A stretch of DNA of 11,693 nt from Candidatus Sumerlaeia bacterium (GTDB lineage: Bacteria > Sumerlaeota > Sumerlaeia > SLMS01), in assembly GCA_038208905.1 (NCBI GenBank), contig JBBQYG010000133.1:1-11693 (forward strand), in the 5' to 3' direction. Both the position numbers and the translations under genes were made by a program. The notes beneath the pieces were generated by a model. The model did not search any database. It saw only the letters and a list, made by a program, of their open reading frames with translations, and was not told the origin of the DNA. Positions 1 through 6,272 of the stretch are shown one piece after another. Each line of letters starts with the position of its first letter. Within the stretch, counting starts at the first letter, position 1.

Positions 1-1
1 A

Positions 2-97
2 GTCTATGCGGTACGGGACGATCACCTGCGCCTCATCAGTGCCCGCCCCGCCACGCCTTCGGAAAGGAGAAGCTATGCAAGACAAGCCAGCAGGTAA
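2..97 (+). CDS. BrnT-family (DUF497) toxin, C-terminal part, truncated by the window edge
   Basis: Hand translation from nt 2 gives VYAVRDDHLRLISARPATPSERRSYARQASR*, matching the BrnT C-terminal R-[IL]-I-S-A-R-x-A-T-x-x-E-R-x-x-Y pattern. TAA at 95-97 overlaps the start of the downstream antitoxin. Absent from the ORF track. Confidence 0.85.
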   Translation, partial: VYAVRDDHLRLISARPATPSERRSYARQASR

Positions 98-299
98 CAG
101 TGCAGCAGAGGACGCCGAGATGCTTCCCGAGTACGACTTCGAGAGCGCGAAGGTCGTTCACGGTCGGTCCTATGCGCTCGTTCGCGAGATGCGCAACAGG
201 CGCCAACTGAAGCCAGAGTTGGCGGAGCGCTTCCCCAATGACGACAGTGTCAATGACGCTCTAGAGGAACTGCTGCGTCTCAAGCGCGAGAGCGCGTGA
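75..299 (+). CDS. BrnT-associated (BrnA-like) antitoxin, copy 1
   Basis: ATG at 75 with AAGGAG at 64-69, overlapping the toxin end. The product MQDKPAG...EMLPEYDF...ELAERFPNDDSVNDALEELL has the 'EYDF...FP...VN.AL' pattern of small antitoxins found downstream of BrnT. The track start at nt 6 is too early. Confidence 0.8.
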   Translation: MQDKPAGNSAAEDAEMLPEYDFESAKVVHGRSYALVREMRNRRQLKPELAERFPNDDSVNDALEELLRLKRESA

Positions 300-527
300 G
301 CGGAGCGGCCGACCCGGGAACCCTCCAAGGAAGTTCACCAAGCAGAACATGCCGAGATGCTTCCCGAGTACGATTTCAGGGATGCCAAGCGGGGTGTCCA
401 TCACCTGCGCTGTGCGGAAGGAACCAATGTCCGGCTCCTGTCGCAGGAACTGGCGGACAAGTTCCCCGATGACGCCTCGTTGAATGCCGCGCTGGAAGAA
501 CTGCTGCGGCTACGGCGAGAGAGCGCG
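105..527 (+). repeat. Diverged tandem duplication of the antitoxin coding region (105-296 vs 342-527)
   Basis: Exact 23-nt match GCCGAGATGCTTCCCGAGTACGA at 114-136 and 351-373. The 3' ends are also similar (GAACTGCTGCG...GAGAGCGCG, ending at 296 and 527). Confidence 0.85.
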
Positions 528-548
528 GGTGGGAGGCAAGGCGTGTGA
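357..548 (+). CDS. BrnT-associated (BrnA-like) antitoxin, copy 2 (start uncertain)
   Basis: MLPEYDFRDAKRGVHHLRCAEGTNVRLLSQELADKFPDDASLNAALEELL is a clear paralog of copy 1. It is in the same frame, open from 300, with no well-spaced SD before ATG 357. Confidence 0.75.
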   Translation: MLPEYDFRDAKRGVHHLRCAEGTNVRLLSQELADKFPDDASLNAALEELLRLRRESAGGRQGV

Positions 549-697
549 AGGACTCGGAGCGGATTCACTCCGTTTGGGACCCCAGGAAGGAAGGGGCGTC
601 CGTTGTCCGTCACCACCGAAGACACGCAGAATTCTGATGACGAGACGCGGTTTCGAACCATAGGGATGTCGCGAAGGTTGCGGATTCTCGTCGTTGT
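545..697 (+). pseudogene. Degenerate second BrnT-family toxin (internal deletion with frameshift, 3' truncated)
   Basis: GTG 545 overlaps the copy-2 stop (GTGA) and reads MKDSERIHSVWDPRKE (BrnT N-terminal WDxxK). A different frame from ~600 reads PLSVTTEDTQNSDDETRFRTIGMSRRLRILVVV (BrnT core S.DE.R...IG.S...R.LVVV). The N..KHG..F segment and the IISAR end are missing. Confidence 0.75.
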
Positions 698-1075
698 GCG
701 GAGCGGGCCGGGGCGCGATACTCGCCGGCCTCAACCTTCAAGATTCCCCACGCGCTGTTTGCGCTGTAGGCAGGCGCCGTGCGCGATGAGTTCCAGGTGT
801 TCCCGCGGGACGGCGAAAAGCGCTGGCTCGATGCGTGGAATCGCGACCAAGACCTGCGGTCGTCGATGCGCAATTCCGTCGTGTGGGTTTACGAGGGCTT
901 CGCCCGCGCGATCGGCGCCGAGCGCGAAGCCGAGTTCCTCCAGCGCCTGCGATATGGCAACATGGACATCTCCGGCGGCCTCGCCACGTTCTGGCTCGAC
1001 GAAAGCCTGAAGATTTCCGCCCACGAGCAGGTCGCCTTCCTGCGCGGGCTCTCTCGCAACGAACTCCCTTTCCCG
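698..1075 (+). pseudogene. blaOXA: Class D (OXA-type) beta-lactamase internal fragment with in-frame stop
   Basis: Reads AERAGARYSPASTFKIPHALFAL*AGAVRDEFQVF...NSVVWVY...YGN...WLD...ISAHEQVAFLRGLSRNELPF. STFK is at 731-742, SxV at 875-883, YGN at 953-961 and TAG at 767-769. No signal peptide and no KTG motif. Confidence 0.92.
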
Positions 1076-1149
1076 CCTTCTCCATTGACTCCCTCTTCGG
1101 TGGACTCGGCCACTCACTGGGTCACAATCTCTTTCGCAAGGCGCCCATC

Positions 1150-1704
1150 ATGAGCGAGCAATTTGGTCCCGGCGGCATTCCACCCTTTCAGGGCAATGTC
1201 GAGGCGCCCATTACCGACAACAAACAGGGCCTGTGGGGATTCGTGTTTTCGATCATCGGCCTGTTGACGTGCGGGCTGTTGAGCATCGTGGGGCTGGTGC
1301 TGAGTATTCTTGGGCTAAAGAAGCAGCCCAAGCAGCTCGCGGTGGCGGGCGTCGTGATCAGTTCGGTCGGCATGGTTATGGTGCTTCTGATTCTGCCCGT
1401 GGGAATGGGGATCGCGATCGCGGTGCCGAGCTTCCTCCGCGCGCGGGAAATCTCGCGGCGCAATGCGTGTCAGGAGAACCAGAGCAGGATCGACGGCGCC
1501 AAGCAGCAGTGGGCGCTGGAGAGCAATCAGGACGCCTCCGCCACTCCTAAGTGGTCCGACTTGGTTGGCGAGGCCAGCTACCTCAGCCGCTCGCCCGTAT
1601 GCCCGTCCAACGGCGACTATACAATCGGCGCGGTGGGTGAGGATCCCTCGTGCAGCCTCTCCGGGCAGCCCGATTTCCCCCACCTGTTTCCGGCAGCGTA
1701 TTAG
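1150..1704 (+). CDS. DUF4190-like membrane anchor fused to a type IV pilin/pseudopilin-like domain
   Basis: ATG 1150. Hydrophobic GFVFSIIGLLTCGLLSIVGLVLSILGL and LAVAGVVISSVG (DUF4190 pattern) are followed by IAIAVPSFLRARE.SRRNACQENQSRIDGAKQQWALE and a Cys-containing C-terminus (PVCPSNGDY...PSCS), typical of pilin heads. Confidence 0.75.
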   Translation: MSEQFGPGGIPPFQGNVEAPITDNKQGLWGFVFSIIGLLTCGLLSIVGLVLSILGLKKQPKQLAVAGVVISSVGMVMVLLILPVGMGIAIAVPSFLRAREISRRNACQENQSRIDGAKQQWALESNQDASATPKWSDLVGEASYLSRSPVCPSNGDYTIGAVGEDPSCSLSGQPDFPHLFPAAY

Positions 1705-1719
1705 GCGGGGGGATCGCCC

Positions 1720-1748
1720 TTGATTCGGAGAGTCCGAATCGGCACCCT
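1720..1748 (+). promoter_or_regulatory. Putative promoter with overlapping palindromic operator upstream of the MNT-HEPN pair
   Basis: TTGATT (1720-1725), 17 nt, then CACCCT (1743-1748, weak -10). Perfect inverted repeat GATTCGGA-gag-TCCGAATC at 1722-1740. Confidence 0.4.
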
Positions 1749-1776
1749 CTCCGCACGGTTGAAACGAAGCACGGCG

Positions 1777-2079
1777 ATGGATAAGGTGCAGACCAAGGAA
1801 GACATCTTCGAGGCGCTCCGGGCGCATCGGGCGCAACTCGACGAATTGCGCGTGGTATCGCTTTCTCTCTTTGCATCCTTCGCCCGGGACGAGCAGACGG
1901 CGGAGAGTGATGTGGACTTCATTGTGAGTTACGGCGAGCTGGTGGGGCTGCTCCATCACGTCAAGACGCAGTTCTTCCTTCGGGACATCCTCGGCAGGCA
2001 GATTGATCTCGCCACGGATGATTCCCTGCATCCAAGAATGCGGGATGATATCCTTGCCGAAGCCATCAAGGCCGCGTAG
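1777..2079 (+). CDS. Minimal nucleotidyltransferase (MntA-like antitoxin)
   Basis: 100 aa. SLFASFARDEQTAESDVDFIV matches the GS-x10-DxD motif with G replaced by A. C-terminal LGRQIDL...LHPRMRDDILAEA is typical of MNTs, and the gene overlaps a HEPN gene. Confidence 0.9.
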   Translation: MDKVQTKEDIFEALRAHRAQLDELRVVSLSLFASFARDEQTAESDVDFIVSYGELVGLLHHVKTQFFLRDILGRQIDLATDDSLHPRMRDDILAEAIKAA

Positions 2080-2417
2080 GACTTGGCCCATCCGAATCGA
2101 AGACGCGCTGATCCACGCGGAGCGCGCTATTCGGGCGGTTGACGGGGCAACCCTCGAAGAGTTCATTGAATCGGATCTCATGCAGTCGGCGGTAATGATG
2201 CATCTGAAGATTATCGGCGAGGCGTGCGCACACGTGCCCGCAGAGGTCAGGACCATGTATCCGCATGGTGCCGTGGCCCTTCATCGTGGGAATGCGGAAC
2301 TTCTTGGTCCACGAGTATTTCAACGCCCTGACCATGCAAGTCTGGGGTGCCACAAAGATCGATCTCCCCATCCTCATCGTCGAACTGCGCAAGATTCTGG
2401 ACGAGAATCCCCAGTAG
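2054..2417 (+). pseudogene. HEPN/DUF86 (HepT-like) RNase toxin, +1 frameshift at about 2267
   Basis: First frame reads PRRTWPIRIEDAL...QSAVMMHLKIIGEACAHVPAEVRTMYPH. After one extra G (CAT G GTG, 2267) the next frame reads VPWPFIVGMRNFLVHEYF...VWGATKIDLPIL...ENPQ* with the R-x4-H-x-Y motif at 2295-2318 and TAG at 2415-2417. Start uncertain (ATG 2045 or TTG 2054). Confidence 0.88.
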
Positions 2418-2524
2418 CCGGCGACCCTCCCACCCGCATCTCACACGCATTTCATCCCCTCCCAAGCGACACCTCAACGCCGCCCGTGGTTGCCTTTGCC
2501 AATTGCGCGAAAGGGTCCCCGGCC

Positions 2525-2872
2525 ATGCGAGTCACTCACCAGAAGCCTGCCGCGATTTCATCGAATATCGACGCGGAGGAGTACGTGCGTCAGATCGAGG
2601 AGTCGCCGTTGCCGCCCCTGATCCGCCCGGAGCGGGTGGCGCAGTTGCTGGATATGTCGCGGCGGCGTGTCTATGAGCTGGTGGAGACCGGCGACCTCGC
2701 GGCGATCCGGCACGGGGTGCGGGGGCTGAGGGTGTATCGGCAGAGCCTGATCGACTGGCTGCGGCGCGGCGGAAGCGGCCCCGGTCAGTTGTCGGCGGCG
2801 GCGGCGCCCACGGCCAAATCCCCGGCGCGGATCAGTTCGACGGCGCGGGTCGCGGGGAAGTCTTCGCGATAG
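2525..2872 (+). CDS. Excisionase-like (HTH_17/MerR-type) helix-turn-helix DNA-binding protein
   Basis: ATG 2525. PLIRPERVAQLLDMSRRRVYELVETGDLAAIRHGVRGLRVYRQSLIDWL matches the xis-family winged HTH pattern. It is the C-terminal part of track ORF 2003..2872. Confidence 0.85.
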   Translation: MRVTHQKPAAISSNIDAEEYVRQIEESPLPPLIRPERVAQLLDMSRRRVYELVETGDLAAIRHGVRGLRVYRQSLIDWLRRGGSGPGQLSAAAAPTAKSPARISSTARVAGKSSR

Positions 2873-4137
2873 GTGCGGAACGACTCGTGCAGCATCGCGA
2901 GGTTGCTCGCCGCCATCGCGGCGATCTGCAACCATGCCCACGCCACCAGCCATCGCGGGATCGCGCCCGGCGCCGCCAGCAGGGCCACGATCAGGAGCCC
3001 GTGCCAGTGGGGGGCGTACATCAGGAACTCCCGCCCATAGACCAGGTGCAGCAACGCCTGACCCGCCAGGGCGATATACACCGGCGCCAGCTCCGCGCGG
3101 GGGCGCCACCGCGCCAGCACGATCGCCAGCAGCGCGAGATGCGACAGCAGCATTGGCCACTGCCACCCCCGCCATGCCAGTGGGGGAGCGTCCACAAACG
3201 TCAGCGAGAGGAAGCGGCGGGGGCTGCGCGCGGGCGACCACTCCTCCAGCGCGGGGGGCGGCGCCGCGAAGTTGTGAACCGCCGCGTTCAGCAGTAGCCT
3301 CCCCGCGCGCGCGTGGGGCTCGCGGGCGAGTTGCTCGGTCTCCATGAACTTGTACTCTTTGCGGATCGTGTCATCCAACTTGTACAGGCGCGTGGTGCCG
3401 CCAAAAACGGCGCCCTGGAGCTTCATCAGCAGATACGCGGTTCCCGCCGCCACCACCACAATTCCCACCGCCATGCGCAGCGCGTGGGCGGCGCGGGCGT
3501 CCCCCCTCAGCCACCAAACGCGGAACGACAGCGCCACCAGCACAAACACAATCTGGGAAATCGTGACGCCAAAGGCGCCGAGCGCGAGGGCCACCCACGC
3601 GGCGCTCTCTCCCCAGGTGACGGCCTCTCCCCGGCGCGCATACAAGAGAAGGAATGGCGCCACAGAGAAGAGTCCCGCCACCACCGCCGTGTCGGGAATG
3701 GCGCTCAGGAAAAATCCGCACGCCGAAACGCCCAGCGCCGCCCCCGCCAGTGACTGTCGCGTCCGGCACGCGCCAAGCCTCCCCATCATCGCCACCACCA
3801 TCGCCACCTGGCCCAGCATCGCCGCGATGCCGATCAGCCGCACGGCGCCCGTGGGGTTGCCGCCGCGAAAGAGCACATCGTTGAGGGGAATCCCCACCAG
3901 TGCGATGAACTTGTACAGGGGATGCGTCCGCGCCCGGTCGGACTGCGCCCACGTCGTCCAGTCGGCGATGACACGCCCCGTGTCGATGTCGAAGAAGGCG
4001 TTCCCCGGCGAACCCGGCAAATCCACCCCCCGGGACAACCAAAACGCCCCCACCCCATGCAGCAGCGCAATCCCGGCAAGCAGGACCAGAAGGGGAACAA
4101 TCGCGGCGGAGGGGCGGGCCAAGGGGGGAGGGTCCAC
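2785..4137 (-). CDS. Polytopic membrane protein, possibly GT-C glycosyltransferase-like / DUF6080-like
   Basis: 450 aa with many hydrophobic segments. An acidic loop after TM1 (NAFFDID...R...HPLY) and a late HLVYGREFLMYAPHW motif recall GT-C-fold membrane proteins. The family call is tentative. Confidence 0.7.
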   Translation of the reverse strand: MDPPPLARPSAAIVPLLVLLAGIALLHGVGAFWLSRGVDLPGSPGNAFFDIDTGRVIADWTTWAQSDRARTHPLYKFIALVGIPLNDVLFRGGNPTGAVRLIGIAAMLGQVAMVVAMMGRLGACRTRQSLAGAALGVSACGFFLSAIPDTAVVAGLFSVAPFLLLYARRGEAVTWGESAAWVALALGAFGVTISQIVFVLVALSFRVWWLRGDARAAHALRMAVGIVVVAAGTAYLLMKLQGAVFGGTTRLYKLDDTIRKEYKFMETEQLAREPHARAGRLLLNAAVHNFAAPPPALEEWSPARSPRRFLSLTFVDAPPLAWRGWQWPMLLSHLALLAIVLARWRPRAELAPVYIALAGQALLHLVYGREFLMYAPHWHGLLIVALLAAPGAIPRWLVAWAWLQIAAMAASNLAMLHESFRTYREDFPATRAVELIRAGDLAVGAAAADN

Positions 4138-4178
4138 GGGAGGGCTGCCTCGATTAGCGGCGCCGAGGGCGGAAGTTC

Positions 4179-4315
4179 AATGGGGAAACAGGGGGAATGG
4201 GGAATAGGGAAAGGGGAATAGGCAGATTCTAGCAGCTCCGTCGCGCAGGAGCCAGTTCAGGCAAGCAGAGGATGAGCGAATTTTCCCCTTCCCCGTTCTC
4301 CATTCCCCATTCCCC
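4179..4315. repeat. Inverted pair of heptamer tandem repeats (NGGGGAA)n / (TTCCCCN)n
   Basis: Left arm 4179-4222: TGGGGAA, TGGGGAA, TAGGGAA, AGGGGAA. Right arm 4281-4315, reverse complement: TGGGGAA TGGGGAA TGGAGAA CGGGGAA GGGGAA. The spacer is about 58 nt. Confidence 0.85.
4226..4234 (-). promoter_or_regulatory. Putative extended -10 promoter (TGCTAGAAT) for the minus-strand membrane protein gene
   Basis: Reverse complement of ATTCTAGCA is TG-n-TAGAAT, about 90 nt upstream of GTG 4137. The -35 (TGGCTC) is poor. Confidence 0.4.
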
Positions 4316-4427
4316 AAAAAGGATTGTTTACTTTCAGAACGTCTTGACAGTCTTTCCGCCTAGCTGTCCGACTCCCGCCCGAAACGCTGATCCCCATCGG
4401 CGACACATCCAAGGAAGGTGAAGCTCT

Positions 4428-6065
4428 ATGATCAGGAATCTCACACTCGCAGCATCGGCGATGGCCATCGTGGCCGCCGCAACTGTCGCTCCGGCACAGG
4501 ACACGATCTTTCAGGAGGAGAACGGCCTGATCGTGATCGAAGTGGAATCCATGCCCCCCGCGCCGGGCTGGGCGCTGGAAACGTCCAAGGGCGGCTTCGC
4601 CGGCTCGGGCTACTACCACTTCGTGGGAAACAACGCCTTCGGCAGCCCCAACTCCAACACGATCATCACCTACAGCGTCCGCGTGGACAATCCCGGCAAC
4701 TACAACCTCCGCCTTCGCAATCAGCACAATCATCCCGATCACACCGAGGAGAACGATTGCTGGATCAGCGTCAACGGCAGCCACTTCGATAAGCTGTACA
4801 ACAGCCAGGATGCCCACAATCGCTGGGGCTTCCAGTCGGTGCTGGAGGAGCGCAACCATGCGAACGCCAACTACAACCTCTTCGCTGGCATTAATACGAT
4901 CCGCATCGCCGGCCGGTCCCGTGGATTCAAGATCGATCGCCTGCACGTATATCAGGCGGGCGTGACGGATCCGCTGAGCCTTTCCGCGCCGCTATCCCCG
5001 ATCGTGGGCTCGGTTCCCTCCGCGTTCCGCTATGCGTTCGATGGCGCGGCCGATGGCTGGTCGCGCGGCGGCGCCATTGGCGGCTTCGCAACCCCCGCCG
5101 GCGGCCATGCCGGCGATTCGCTGGAGCTGGTCACCAACGACAACAACAACACCTTCGGCTACTGGGAGTCTCCCGAGCTGGCGATCCCCGATTCGGGTCT
5201 TGCGGCCGACTATTCACTCTTCGAGATGAACTACCGCCTGCGCGCCACCACCACCAACTCCGCAACGCCCCACGATCCCACCGCCGTCCCCGACGTGCGC
5301 CTGCGCGCCTCGCGCCCCGACTTCCGCGAGACCCAGGAATTCGTCGTCCTGTCCAACGGCAGCGGCGCCTATGCGCCCAACATCGCCGGGCGCCGCTATC
5401 GCCACTTCGTCAGCCAGAGTGACCGCAACCACGTCATGAAGTTCTTCTACGACGTGATGAGCTTCGGCGGCGCCAACGACCCCACCTCCTTCGTCTATCT
5501 CGATTCCATCGATTTCATCAACCGCACGGGCATCCCCTTCCGCACCAGCCAGGAAATCGCCTCGCTCAGCTTCCTGAATGGCAACACCAACGGACTGAAC
5601 CCCGTCACGGGCGCTCCGCTGGGCGCCGCCAACCTGTTTGCCGACTCCCGCGGCATCGGCGCCAACGCCAACACCAACGGCGACGCGTTTGACACGGTGT
5701 TTGGCACGTGGACGGCGGAGGCGGGCATTCCGCTGAACCCGAGCTCCGTCTATGAGTTCCGCTTCGTCGTCGCCAGCAACGCGGAGCCCGCCGATCGCGA
5801 CAAGATCGGCACCGTCCGCGTCCGCGTCAACGACGCCACCCAGCAGAGCGCCGTGATCGGCGTCTATCCCTCTGTCAACAGCGCCGCGCTCCTCCCCGTT
5901 GTGGGCCAGCCCGTCACCTATCGCCTCTGGTACACCACCGACAACGCTATCGGCACGGTCAACCCGATCATCTCCTTCGACTACCTGTTCCAGCGCGGCC
6001 TTGGCGACAACAAGGACCTGACCGTGTTCCTTCAGAGCGTGACAGTTATCGAGCACAAGCTGTAA
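4428..6065 (+). CDS. Secreted protein: signal peptide, carbohydrate-binding-like beta-sandwich domain, and two tandem ~170-180 aa repeats
   Basis: AAGGAAGG at 4411-4418. Signal peptide MIRNLTLAASAMAIVAAATVAPA|QD. The N-domain FQEENGLIVIEVES...GINTIRIAGRSRGFKIDRL resembles galactose-binding-like folds. Strong C-ending codon bias. Confidence 0.85.
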   Translation: MIRNLTLAASAMAIVAAATVAPAQDTIFQEENGLIVIEVESMPPAPGWALETSKGGFAGSGYYHFVGNNAFGSPNSNTIITYSVRVDNPGNYNLRLRNQHNHPDHTEENDCWISVNGSHFDKLYNSQDAHNRWGFQSVLEERNHANANYNLFAGINTIRIAGRSRGFKIDRLHVYQAGVTDPLSLSAPLSPIVGSVPSAFRYAFDGAADGWSRGGAIGGFATPAGGHAGDSLELVTNDNNNTFGYWESPELAIPDSGLAADYSLFEMNYRLRATTTNSATPHDPTAVPDVRLRASRPDFRETQEFVVLSNGSGAYAPNIAGRRYRHFVSQSDRNHVMKFFYDVMSFGGANDPTSFVYLDSIDFINRTGIPFRTSQEIASLSFLNGNTNGLNPVTGAPLGAANLFADSRGIGANANTNGDAFDTVFGTWTAEAGIPLNPSSVYEFRFVVASNAEPADRDKIGTVRVRVNDATQQSAVIGVYPSVNSAALLPVVGQPVTYRLWYTTDNAIGTVNPIISFDYLFQRGLGDNKDLTVFLQSVTVIEHKL

Positions 6066-6119
6066 CGGCAGGGAACAGCAGGGAACCGCAGAAACTACTG
6101 GAACTGCGGGAACTGCGAA
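6064..6119 (+). repeat. Degenerate 9-10-mer tandem repeat (AACNGCRGG) directly after a stop codon
   Basis: AACGGCAGGG AACAGCAGGG AACCGCAGA AACTACTGG AACTGCGGG AACTGCGAA. Confidence 0.75.
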
Positions 6120-6135
6120 AAAAGTAGGACATGGC

Positions 6136-6172
6136 GCGCCGCCCCGGGGATGATTCCGGGGCGGTGCCTTTT
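6136..6172 (+). terminator. Rho-independent terminator
   Basis: GCGCCGCCCCGGGG-ATGA-TTCCGGGGCGGTGC forms a 14-bp stem (3 G-U pairs) followed by CTTTT, ~70 nt after the 6065 stop. Confidence 0.75.
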
Positions 6173-6272
6173 CGTGTTGCGGCCCGGAGCCACGGCAGAG
6201 TGGTCTAACGGGCCTTTGGCCCGCCGCTTTGGAGCGGGCCGCATCCCTGAAACCTCAATACCGGCGGAACAA

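Noticed and set aside
297..340. Selenocysteine recoding of the TGA between the antitoxin copies
   Set aside because: No convincing bacterial SECIS hairpin and no Cys/redox context at that position.
603..1010. 135-aa ORF
   Set aside because: Chimera of the BrnT remnant (first ~32 aa) and an off-frame reading of the OXA fragment.
835..1149. N-terminal extension of the 835..1704 ORF
   Set aside because: Off-frame overlap with the OXA fragment. The plausible start is ATG 1150.
2493..2514. Imperfect palindrome CCTTT..CAATTG..AAAGG upstream of the HTH gene
   Set aside because: The symmetry centres are offset and the arms short, compatible with chance.
2003..2872. 289-aa ORF that looks like a HEPN-HTH fusion
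   Set aside because: Created by the +1 frameshift at 2267. The HEPN C-half continues in another frame to 2417, the linker is non-coding-like, and the HTH has its own ATG at 2525.
4344..4372. Perfect TTGACA -35 upstream of the secreted protein gene
   Set aside because: No acceptable -10 at 16-18 nt spacing (TCCGAC), so it is not called as a promoter.
6064..6119. CRISPR array (also considered for 4179-4315 and 8553-8908)
   Set aside because: Units are 7-10 nt with no unique spacers, and there are no cas genes.
6203..6240. attC site (GTCTAAC inverse core followed by GC hairpins)
   Set aside because: No matching GTTRRRY core at a suitable distance. No attC was found between the genes at 1-2417 either.
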